A stretch of DNA of 29,865 nucleotides from a virus, in IMG/VR virus record IMGVR_UViG_3300021958_000018, positions 1 through 29,865 of that record; one strand, 5' to 3'. The notes beneath the pieces are model-generated. The model saw only the letters and a list, made by a program, of their open reading frames with translations. It had not been told where the DNA came from and ran no database searches. Position numbers and translations under genes: made by a program. How positions within the stretch are numbered: position 1 is the stretch's first letter; every line of letters begins with the position of its first letter. Positions 7,181 to 14,068 of the stretch are shown here, in pieces.

Positions 7181-7992
7181 TCTATCAGATCGTCAATCAA
7201 TCCACTCTGTACAATCTTACGCCCTATCCATTCAGAGGCTTGCGGTACTATGGCATTTCCTAGTGCTTTCAATCGCTCTTTTCTGATTCTGTTGTGCTGG
7301 GTGCTGTCCATCCCTGTGGGAATCCCATCATCCACTCGACAAATCGCGGATTCAACACCAATCCCTCTCCAATCGCCTGCTCTTTTTCTATTCCATAGTG
7401 TTGGCATGCTTTGACGCCCACGCACATTCTCATATCTTTTATCTCCTCTCTCCTCCATTGACTCAGATACTTTGGTTCGCTTCCCGGCAGTCGCGCTGTT
7501 GGGGTAGGCAACACAAAACCAGCGCGCTCTGTGGTGCGGTGCTCCGAAATCTGATCCACTGCGTACAACTGTCCATTCACAATCATACCCGATTTCGGCA
7601 AGCGATCCAACAACATCGCATCCGCCCACTGAAAGGACATTTGCAACATTTTCCAAGCATACAATTCTTGGTCGAAGTTGGCTAATAATTCGGTGCATTT
7701 CCCACCAAAGACTCGATTTTTCACTGTCATGTATTCCCCTTTGTTTTCCTGCTACTGATATGTCTTGGCAAGGGAATCCCCCACACAAGAGATCGATTGG
7801 TTGTAGGTTGTGAGCGCCGACTGTACACACATCATCGAAGATCGTTGCCTCAGGCCAGTGCTTTTTCAAGATGCTTTGACAAAATGTATTCTGTTCAACT
7901 TGCCAAATTGCCTTACTGTTTGGAATGGCGCGCGAAAGCCCTAACTCGAACCCGCCGATCCCTGCGAAAAGTGATCCAATTTTTACTGTCAT
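7177..7992 (-). CDS. DNA (cytosine-5)-methyltransferase, short form (271 aa).
   Basis: Ordered motifs: I LFAGIGGF, IV GGFPCQDIS, VI CLENV, VIII GAPHHRARWF, X LGNAIVPQ. Confidence 0.85.
   Translation of the reverse strand: MTVKIGSLFAGIGGFELGLSRAIPNSKAIWQVEQNTFCQSILKKHWPEATIFDDVCTVGAHNLQPIDLLCGGFPCQDISVAGKQRGIHDSEKSSLWWEMHRIISQLRPRIVCLENVANVLSVGGCDVVGSLAEIGYDCEWTVVRSGSDFGAPHHRARWFCVAYPNSATAGKRTKVSESMEERGDKRYENVRGRQSMPTLWNRKRAGDWRGIGVESAICRVDDGIPTGMDSTQHNRIRKERLKALGNAIVPQASEWIGRKIVQSGLIDDLID
7269..7730 (-). CDS. Nested same-strand ORF in a shifted frame inside the C5-methyltransferase gene (153 codons). Coding status unresolved.
   Basis: The ORF is open for 153 codons. Its ATG is preceded by AAAGGGGA. 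The translation contains LPKSGMIVNGQLY, LPTPTA and LNPRFVEWMMGFPQGWT. Confidence 0.3.
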   Translation of the reverse strand: MTVKNRVFGGKCTELLANFDQELYAWKMLQMSFQWADAMLLDRLPKSGMIVNGQLYAVDQISEHRTTERAGFVLPTPTARLPGSEPKYLSQWRREEIKDMRMCVGVKACQHYGIEKEQAIGEGLVLNPRFVEWMMGFPQGWTAPSTTESEKSD

Positions 7993-8852
7993 TTTTTACG
8001 AATCCCCATCGCCTCGCTCAAAGATTGCGGCGGTACATAGTTGATCCCATGATCGTCAATCTTTGCTCTGAGCCGTCGATCTTTGCTTTTGCGTTGATCT
8101 GCTTTGTCACCTCGAAGCCGTGCACGCGTGTTCTCGTATTCGTCTTTGATGTGTGGAGGCATCTTGAATCCATAACGGTCGCAAGTCCATTGCCCGAATA
8201 CACTCGTATATATTGGATGATCCCAGCAAGGGGCGATCTGTCCGTCTTCGTCTATTTGGATGATCTGATCGTCGATCTTCTTTTGCCAGTGGTGTTGACT
8301 TTGCTCCTGAGCAGGCACAATGCGATCTGTATTTGCGTCATAGAATGAAACGTGAATTTCTGCAAAATTGTCTTGTTTGCGCATCCACTCAACGATCTCT
8401 GTATAGGGTGCATGAGTGCTCTTTGCTGCCAGTTCACAATCACACGATCCTTTGTAGTGCGCTTCGGCTTTTTTCTGCAATGATTGACGGAAGCCGTAAA
8501 AGTAAATCTCTCGGAAGCCGCCCTCTTTGCCCTCTTCGTCTGTTCGACAGTGCTGGCAGTAGGTTTCATTGATCGGGATTGTGTGCCAGTGCGTTTTGAA
8601 ATCGTTGCGCTGGGTTGTCATATAGTGAACGATCTGCTTGATAGTTGGCAGCCATTCGAGCTCATTGATCAAGTAGTCTTGAAATGCTTGCTTGAGATAG
8701 TTCTCAGGTACGTTGCGGAACTTCTTTGCGTAGAGTCCGTATTGCCCTTTGATCCAAAAGTGATTGCGCTTGAAGTGATCGGCTAGGTTTGAGAGGAATC
8801 GAAAAATGATCTGTCCTCTGTAACTGGTGACATAGTCAGGGAAGTTTGTCAT
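7989..8852 (-). CDS. Hypothetical protein with Cys clusters (287 aa). A replication-associated role is only a guess.
   Basis: CQHCR and CDCE clusters, and a basic C-terminus. The RBS aacaacggagcaaatagcc precedes the ATG. ATGA overlap with the methyltransferase start. Confidence 0.7.
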   Translation of the reverse strand: MTNFPDYVTSYRGQIIFRFLSNLADHFKRNHFWIKGQYGLYAKKFRNVPENYLKQAFQDYLINELEWLPTIKQIVHYMTTQRNDFKTHWHTIPINETYCQHCRTDEEGKEGGFREIYFYGFRQSLQKKAEAHYKGSCDCELAAKSTHAPYTEIVEWMRKQDNFAEIHVSFYDANTDRIVPAQEQSQHHWQKKIDDQIIQIDEDGQIAPCWDHPIYTSVFGQWTCDRYGFKMPPHIKDEYENTRARLRGDKADQRKSKDRRLRAKIDDHGINYVPPQSLSEAMGIRKK

Positions 8853-8854
8853 GG

Positions 8855-9049
8855 CTATTTGCTCCGTTGTTGTTTTGCCAGCCTTAAAAGACGGCGGGCG
8901 GTGTTGTATGAAAGTTTGTTATCTTTTGCGTATTTTGTCAAGTTGATCTTTTGTCTTCTCAACAGCATCAAGTAAAGTCTTGAGTAGTGCCATACAGCCT
9001 CTTGATCTTCGTCTAGGAGGCTGATCGGCATCTTGATATAAAGATCCAC
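8855..9049 (-). CDS. Small basic protein with a possible HTH (64 aa). Start uncertain (GTG at 9049 or ATG at 9031).
   Basis: LTKYAKDNKLSYNTARRLLRLAK. Confidence 0.45.
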   Translation of the reverse strand: MDLYIKMPISLLDEDQEAVWHYSRLYLMLLRRQKINLTKYAKDNKLSYNTARRLLRLAKQQRSK

Positions 9050-9264
9050 TATTGCACGCGCTGAGCATCGTATTTAATGCAACGATCAAAAGTGCAGAAG
9101 AAGATCACAACTGAATACATGTGCAGTCCACACTGTGAAAGCACATACCAACGCTCGGGCTTGAATCTGTGGTCTTGATCTTGTGGGATGCTTGAAAACA
9201 TACCGAGGAAGCGCTCAAAGGCGATAGCGCGCCAGTGTGCATTGATTGAGGGGATTGTGTGCAT
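9049..9264 (-). CDS. Hypothetical protein (71 aa).
   Basis: The ATG at 9264 is preceded by aacaacggagcaatc. Confidence 0.5.
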   Translation of the reverse strand: MHTIPSINAHWRAIAFERFLGMFSSIPQDQDHRFKPERWYVLSQCGLHMYSVVIFFCTFDRCIKYDAQRVQ

Positions 9265-9278
9265 GATTGCTCCGTTGT

Positions 9279-9464
9279 TTATTGCGCCCAGCATACTTCT
9301 GAGCATACTTCTAAAATTTCGCCATTGTCATTTTTTACTACAAGCCAGTACGAATGAATCTCCAAAACTTCTCCGCAGTCTTCGATCCCATCTTTCCAGC
9401 CTACTGTATCGCCGATTGAAACTGTAAATCTTTCACCGTATACATTTCTGATTTCTTTTGTCAT
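9279..9464 (-). CDS. Hypothetical protein (61 aa), first gene after promoter cassette D.
   Basis: The ATG at 9464 is preceded by caacaacaacggagcacaaa. Confidence 0.55.
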   Translation of the reverse strand: MTKEIRNVYGERFTVSIGDTVGWKDGIEDCGEVLEIHSYWLVVKNDNGEILEVCSEVCWAQ

Positions 9465-9494
9465 TTTGTGCTCCGTTGTTGTTGTGTATACATA

Positions 9495-9524
9495 TTTGTA
9501 ACATGTAAATATGTACACTGTCAA
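9495..9524 (-). promoter_or_regulatory. Promoter-leader cassette copy D.
   Basis: Consensus TTGACA (9524..9519) but only a weak -10 (TACAAA or TTACAA). ACATATTT boxes are arranged here as an inverted pair (9490..9499 and 9505..9514). Confidence 0.5.
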
Positions 9525-9686
9525 CATATTTCCACAGAATAGACAGAAAAAAGAGAAAGAGAGATAGATAGAAGCCAGTACGATCCCACGGCTAGGGGGA
9601 TTATAGACAAGCGATCTTCATTTGCTTTTTTGGTTTCTTCTATATAATTTGGAGCATCTCACTTTCTTTCTTTCTGACTAACTGCC

Positions 9687-9724
9687 TAATTATATATTTG
9701 TAATTATGATTATTATTATTATGT
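9687..9724. repeat. AT-rich tract with a short ATT microsatellite.
   Basis: taattatatatttgtaattatgattattattattatg. Confidence 0.8.
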
Positions 9725-9763
9725 CATGCTATCCCCCTGTATTCATTGCACTTTTTGCCTTTG

Positions 9764-9818
9764 TTTGTGTGCTGTTTGTGTGCTGTTTGTGGGATACTTG
9801 TGGGCAATTTGTGGGCTC
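9764..9818. repeat. Iteron array 1: five TTTGTG-core repeats at exact 11-bp spacing.
   Basis: Cores start at 9764, 9775, 9786, 9797 (CTTGTG) and 9808. Confidence 0.9.
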
Positions 9819-9860
9819 AAAAAAATAAGTGCAATGATTTCAAGTACTTAGAGACGCAAA

Positions 9861-9917
9861 TTTGTGTGCTGTTTGTGGTCAGTTTGTGGGCAATTTGTGA
9901 TCGATTTGTGTTTTGTC
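9861..9917. repeat. Iteron array 2: five TTTGTG-core repeats at exact 11-bp spacing, plus a TTTGTC.
   Basis: Cores start at 9861, 9872, 9883, 9894 and 9905. The array starts 97 bp after array 1. Confidence 0.9.
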
Positions 9918-9994
9918 GATTTTCTGCAATGATTCTGTGCATTTACTGCGCGCTATCGTTATATTTTGGTTACACTCACAACAACGGAGGATTC

Positions 9995-10276
9995 ATGTCT
10001 CAAGGTTCAGTACTCACTGACTACATTTACAAGCATTGCAAGAGTCGGCGCGCGTTCTGTGCTGATATTGGCTTCAGAGAAAGCACTGTCGCCAACTGGT
10101 GCAATGACAACACGCCGATCCCACTGCACAAGATTGCGATCATGGCTGAGTTTTTCGAAGAAATGACACAAGAACCGCCGCATGTTTTCATTTTTCGTCT
10201 AGTCATGCAAGAGGCGACAGTATCCAAAGTGATCAGCACATATCAGCGGAGTAAATATGAAATACGTAGTAATTGA
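9995..10276 (+). CDS. XRE/Cro-type HTH regulator (93 aa).
   Basis: RRAFCADIGFRESTVANWCNDNTPIP. The ATG at 9995 is preceded by acaacaacggaggattc. The longer track ORF starting at 9746 runs through the iterons. Confidence 0.7.
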   Translation: MSQGSVLTDYIYKHCKSRRAFCADIGFRESTVANWCNDNTPIPLHKIAIMAEFFEEMTQEPPHVFIFRLVMQEATVSKVISTYQRSKYEIRSN

Positions 10277-10844
10277 CACAGAAACAACGGGACTCGATCA
10301 CAAAGAGCATGAATTGCTATCTTTGGGCGCAATCGTCATGATTGACAATGTCATAACAGAGCGCATTGAAGTCAAGATCACGCCTCGAAAGATTGATCAG
10401 GCAGATCCACAGGCTTTGAGAATCAACGGTTACACGCCGTACAGGTGGAAGCATTCGATCGATGGGAAATACGCTTGCAACATTATCAAGCATTTTCTTT
10501 TGAGCCATCAAGACGGCATCCTCGTCGGTCACAATGTGAATTTCGATATACGATTTTTGAAGGCGTTTGCATCCGAGTACAATGAACAATTCAGAATCCC
10601 CACCCCATACATTGATACAAGAGATGTTTGCAGGGTCAATCTTGCCCCATATGGCTGTTCTAGCATGTCACTCGACAATATATGCGCCTTTCTTGGTTGG
10701 AAGCGTAGAAAAGCCCACACGGCGCTTTCTGACTGTGAGGATTGCATCAAGATTCTGCGTTGCATGTGCCCGCCGTCTCCCAAGTTTATCGCGTATCTTC
10801 ATATTAGAGGGGCGATCGCACGCCTCAAAGGATTGCTATCATGA
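10257..10844 (+). CDS. DnaQ-like DEDDh 3'-5' exonuclease (195 aa).
   Basis: ExoI VVIDTETTGLD, ExoII LVGHNVNFDIRFL, ExoIII HTALSDCED. Confidence 0.85.
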   Translation: MKYVVIDTETTGLDHKEHELLSLGAIVMIDNVITERIEVKITPRKIDQADPQALRINGYTPYRWKHSIDGKYACNIIKHFLLSHQDGILVGHNVNFDIRFLKAFASEYNEQFRIPTPYIDTRDVCRVNLAPYGCSSMSLDNICAFLGWKRRKAHTALSDCEDCIKILRCMCPPSPKFIAYLHIRGAIARLKGLLS

Positions 10845-11242
10845 GCAGCATCAACAGAGTAACGAGCCGATCCAGCGTGTCGGCTATCGGTTCGAGTTTC
10901 GACACAGGTAAGCGCATCGACATTGACATGCAGATGTTTCCACCGTCTCAACACTTCGAGGGCTATCTGTCTTTGATTGTTTTGCAACTGTCGAACATCA
11001 ACGCAGCAACAAAAATCACTATGCGATTCACACGCGATCAGGCTGGCGACGAAATGATCATAACTGACACAGAAAGCGATCTGTATAGTGGAATCACAAC
11101 AGCCACAAAAGGATCGGCGATCTTCGCCTTGAATAGTTTTGTAAAAGTCGATAGGGCCGGCGATCTGTTTGTATTTCTGAAAACAGACACAGGCACAGTT
11201 GATCTAGATTATGTCGAAATGACATATCAAGGGGATCGATAA
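10841..11242 (+). CDS. Hypothetical protein (133 aa).
   Basis: ATGA overlap with the exonuclease stop. No motif recognised. Confidence 0.6.
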   Translation: MSSINRVTSRSSVSAIGSSFDTGKRIDIDMQMFPPSQHFEGYLSLIVLQLSNINAATKITMRFTRDQAGDEMIITDTESDLYSGITTATKGSAIFALNSFVKVDRAGDLFVFLKTDTGTVDLDYVEMTYQGDR

Positions 11243-11538
11243 TGCCAGTAGTTCAAATCATACAAGACTCAGGCGGTACAACTCCCAGCGGCGGGGGCGG
11301 TGGCTCTGTCTCACTGACTACAGAAAATTTATCAAGTCAAGTCAACGGCTCAAATACAAACTTCTCAACGTCCGATCAGTTTGTCGAAGATTCGATTCAA
11401 GTGTTCTACAATGGTGTATTGCAGATTCAAGGCGGGCTTGACGATTATACAGAAGACACTGACAAACGCGGGATCACTTTTGCGCTTGCTCCTGAGACTG
11501 GCAGCAAAGTTGTTGTAATCTATTCAGAATCCACATAA
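11242..11538 (+). CDS. Small protein with a Gly linker and a fibre-like beta domain (98 aa).
   Basis: SIQVFYNGVLQ...DDYTED...ITFALAPETGSKVVVIY resembles the C-terminal FVVTVNGLVVEY...NYTFDNG...VVFGANLDNGDRVCVRA of the tail fibre. Confidence 0.6.
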   Translation: MPVVQIIQDSGGTTPSGGGGGSVSLTTENLSSQVNGSNTNFSTSDQFVEDSIQVFYNGVLQIQGGLDDYTEDTDKRGITFALAPETGSKVVVIYSEST

Positions 11539-11543
11539 TAAAA

Positions 11544-11574
11544 GAAGCCCCTCGCAGGGGATGCAAGGGGCTTC
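11544..11574. terminator. Bidirectional hairpin between convergent genes.
   Basis: gaagcccct (11544..11552) / aggggcttc (11566..11574). An alternative inner pairing cccct/agggg is possible. Confidence 0.6.
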
Positions 11575-11598
11575 AAGGGTGTGAGGTAATCTGAGAGA

Positions 11599-13053
11599 TT
11601 ATGCAGGATTGTTCACAAGAGCGCGGACACATACGCGATCGCCGTTGTCCAAGTTTGCGCCAAATACAACGCGTCCAACATCGCCCACGCCGCCATTGTC
11701 AAACGTGTAATTGTCTTTTGCGTCAGGTGTTGCTTTGTATTCAACTACAAGACCATTCACTGTAACTACAAAAGACTCAGCAAGATCAAGATCAAGACCG
11801 CCCTGCAAAGAAAATGCTAGAGTTGAGCCATCAGCATCGAAAGCACTGAAAATGCCGACAATGTCAAGTTTTTCAGTAGTTACTGAATCGTCTGAAATTT
11901 TTGCGGTTGTGATTGCATTGTCCAACAATTTTGATCCAGCAATAGATCCAGCAAGTTGCGCATTTGTGATCGTTCCTACAAGGCTAGAAGTAGGATAGTT
12001 TGTAGCGTCTGACAAGTCAAATGCTGGAGTGGCATCACTGCCACCGAGAGACAAAGACACGCCACCGAATGAAACGGAAGAATTTGCAAGTTTTGCATTT
12101 GTCACAACTGAGTCGGCAATCTTTGCAGAAGCATCGATCGCACCGTCAGCGATCTCTGTTGCGGTTACTCCGTCTTCAGCGATAGACAAGCCGCCTGCGC
12201 CAAGTGCCAAGGCAGATCCGTCAAGATTTATTGCTAATCCGTCAACATTAACAATAAGCCCTGAATCAGTATCAAGATCGATCGTCAAGTCAGAAACAGC
12301 AGCAGAGCCGTTGAAACTGGTCATTGAGATACCATTGCCAGCGCTCAAAGAGTTGAGATTGCTACCCAAAGACACGCCTGAGATCGTGCTGTTTGACAAT
12401 TTTGCATTTGCGATTGAGCCAGCAAGCATTGCATTTGTAACGCCAGCAGCATCGATCTTCAAGCCTGAAGCAGATACAGCCAAGCCTGAAGCAGTATCAA
12501 GATCGACAGATACAGTTGAGCCTGCGATATCGATACCGTTGCCGCCGTCCAACTGTCCAGCACCTGTGAACTGTACGAAAAGAACATTGTCAGTGCCGAT
12601 CGTTACGTCACCATCGTTTGAGCATACATAACCAGTATCGGCGTTTGCAGTTCCCTCTTGTACGAATACAGCAGCGCCCGAAAACTCGTCTGATTCGTTC
12701 ATATCAGCGGCACGCTCCCAAGAGCCAGCCTTGCACAAGTAAATGCCGTTTTCTGTTTGGTCAGTTTGCGACTTGACCAATACACGATCATCAGCAACAA
12801 CTGCGATCCCGTCGATCGTCTGAGTGCCTGACAGTGTGATATTGCCAGTAGTAGCAACGCGAACTGAATCTTTCCAGTGCAATCCCTGAGCAATAGAATC
12901 GACGTATGTTTTTGTAGCAGCGTCCGATCCGTTCGATGGGGCGGCAACTTGAAGCACTGCGCTTGTAAAGTCAAAAGTTCCAGTCGATAAATCTAATTTG
13001 TTGACGTCTACTGCCGCATCTGCGATCTGACGTCCCGTAATTTGTACAGCCAT
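11599..13053 (-). CDS. Tail fibre protein (484 aa).
   Basis: Repeated VTNAxLAGSIAxxKL-type units, an Ala/Ser/Gly-rich composition, and its position at the end of the tail module. Confidence 0.75.
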   Translation of the reverse strand: MAVQITGRQIADAAVDVNKLDLSTGTFDFTSAVLQVAAPSNGSDAATKTYVDSIAQGLHWKDSVRVATTGNITLSGTQTIDGIAVVADDRVLVKSQTDQTENGIYLCKAGSWERAADMNESDEFSGAAVFVQEGTANADTGYVCSNDGDVTIGTDNVLFVQFTGAGQLDGGNGIDIAGSTVSVDLDTASGLAVSASGLKIDAAGVTNAMLAGSIANAKLSNSTISGVSLGSNLNSLSAGNGISMTSFNGSAAVSDLTIDLDTDSGLIVNVDGLAINLDGSALALGAGGLSIAEDGVTATEIADGAIDASAKIADSVVTNAKLANSSVSFGGVSLSLGGSDATPAFDLSDATNYPTSSLVGTITNAQLAGSIAGSKLLDNAITTAKISDDSVTTEKLDIVGIFSAFDADGSTLAFSLQGGLDLDLAESFVVTVNGLVVEYKATPDAKDNYTFDNGGVGDVGRVVFGANLDNGDRVCVRALVNNPA

Positions 13054-13152
13054 GTTTTTATATCCTCATGAGTTGATTTGTGAGCATTGTGCTCGGTTAG
13101 ATTGTATACGCCTCAAAGACGTTTTACATTTTTGAAATAGGAAAGGGATTGC

Positions 13153-13473
13153 CTAGCCGACTCTGACAAATCGAGCCTTGATCTCTTCTACAATTTTGTT
13201 GATTGATTCAAGTTTCTGCTCAAGCAATGACATTCTTTTGTCGAGATCGTTGATTTCTTTGACGATCTCGCCCCGCATTGCATCTTCGCGCGCTTGCAAG
13301 TCTTTGATCACTGAATCATAGCGATCGCGCAATTCTTTCTCTCTGTTCTCTTGCTTGACTTCTCGATCGTCGGCTCGTTTCTGTTGCTCTCTGTTTTGCC
13401 ACCAAAGAAACGCGGCAAAAGCAGCATTTGCACCGCCATTCATTAAAATATGAAATACGTCTTGTTCAGGCAT
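13153..13473 (-). CDS. Membrane-anchored coiled-coil protein, candidate holin or spanin-like lysis factor (106 aa).
   Basis: Hydrophobic ILMNGGANAAFAAFLWW followed by a charged coiled coil. Its ATG lies 1 nt after the stop of the hydrolase gene. Confidence 0.45.
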   Translation of the reverse strand: MPEQDVFHILMNGGANAAFAAFLWWQNREQQKRADDREVKQENREKELRDRYDSVIKDLQAREDAMRGEIVKEINDLDKRMSLLEQKLESINKIVEEIKARFVRVG

Positions 13474-13474
13474 C

Positions 13475-14068
13475 TCACTCTCCGAGTAGCAGGGTGTAAG
13501 AGAATCGATCGCAGCCTGTATGTTCAATTTGCAACTTGCACAAGGCTAGAAAATGATCAAACTCGTCGGGATCGGCTATAACTTGACAGCCTGCACTGTA
13601 GCGATCAACTTGCTGACTTTCTCTCTGGCTGCTTGCTCTGTGTATATTGATTCCGAAGTAGCCCGATTGTTCATTGTGCCCGTGATCGTGCTCTGTGTCG
13701 CCGTCTCGATCTCGCCATACTGACACCTCGCCCCCGCGTTGCACTAGTGCCTCATATCGCCCTTGATGCAATCCGAGCATGTACACGCCTCTGTATTGTC
13801 GATTGTGTACAAGAATAGCAGTTCCCCGATCGCTGGCGTTCTCAAGCCAGTATTTGCCCGCGTCTGTTGTGCATTTGTACGCGTGCCACTGCCAAACACC
13901 ACGCTCCAAAAAACACAAGTGTATCCAATCATCAAACTTGTTCACTTCGCCTTGTGGGTTGCGCTCGCCTATTATGTTCATATCGTATTCAGTAGACTCA
14001 AATACAACAAAGCCCGCATCTTTTGCACGCTGTAAAATACTGGGATATCCCTCAAACTCTATTCTCAT
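13475..14068 (-). CDS. Putative peptidoglycan hydrolase/endolysin with a YkuD-like His...SxGC motif (197 aa).
   Basis: NIHRASSQRESQQVDRYSAGCQV resembles the L,D-transpeptidase-fold catalytic signature. ATGA overlap with the upstream tail gene. Confidence 0.5.
   Translation of the reverse strand: MRIEFEGYPSILQRAKDAGFVVFESTEYDMNIIGERNPQGEVNKFDDWIHLCFLERGVWQWHAYKCTTDAGKYWLENASDRGTAILVHNRQYRGVYMLGLHQGRYEALVQRGGEVSVWRDRDGDTEHDHGHNEQSGYFGINIHRASSQRESQQVDRYSAGCQVIADPDEFDHFLALCKLQIEHTGCDRFSYTLLLGE

Noticed and set aside
7797-8348. 183-aa plus-strand ORF across the junction of the methyltransferase and 287-aa genes.
   Set aside because: It is antisense to two well-supported genes, and I see no start signals or motifs.
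9621-9648. Plus-strand TTTGCT-N16-TATAAT upstream of the iterons.
   Set aside because: The -10 is good but the -35 is poor, and it would give a roughly 350-nt leader. It is kept only as a possibility, without enough support to annotate.
9764-9917. Possible CRISPR-like array.
   Set aside because: The repeat unit is only 11 bp, with no spacers of CRISPR length and no cas genes. The arrays are iteron-like, not CRISPR.
9746-9994. N-terminal extension of the 176-aa plus-strand ORF (Cys/Val/Leu-rich).
   Set aside because: It is a translation artefact of the TTTGTG iteron arrays. The real gene starts at 9995, behind acaacaacggagg.
12029-12631. 200-aa ORF antisense to the tail fibre gene.
   Set aside because: The fibre gene is rich in GCN/TCN/GGN codons, which removes stops from the antisense frame. 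The ORF has no RBS and a low-complexity Ala/Ser/Pro-rich translation.
10841-13053. Invertible tail-fibre segment (Mu G / P1 C type) or a diversity-generating retroelement.
   Set aside because: The genome has no invertase or reverse transcriptase gene. I could not find inverted or template/variable nucleotide repeats between the convergent fibre-like genes; the similarity is only at the protein-pattern level.
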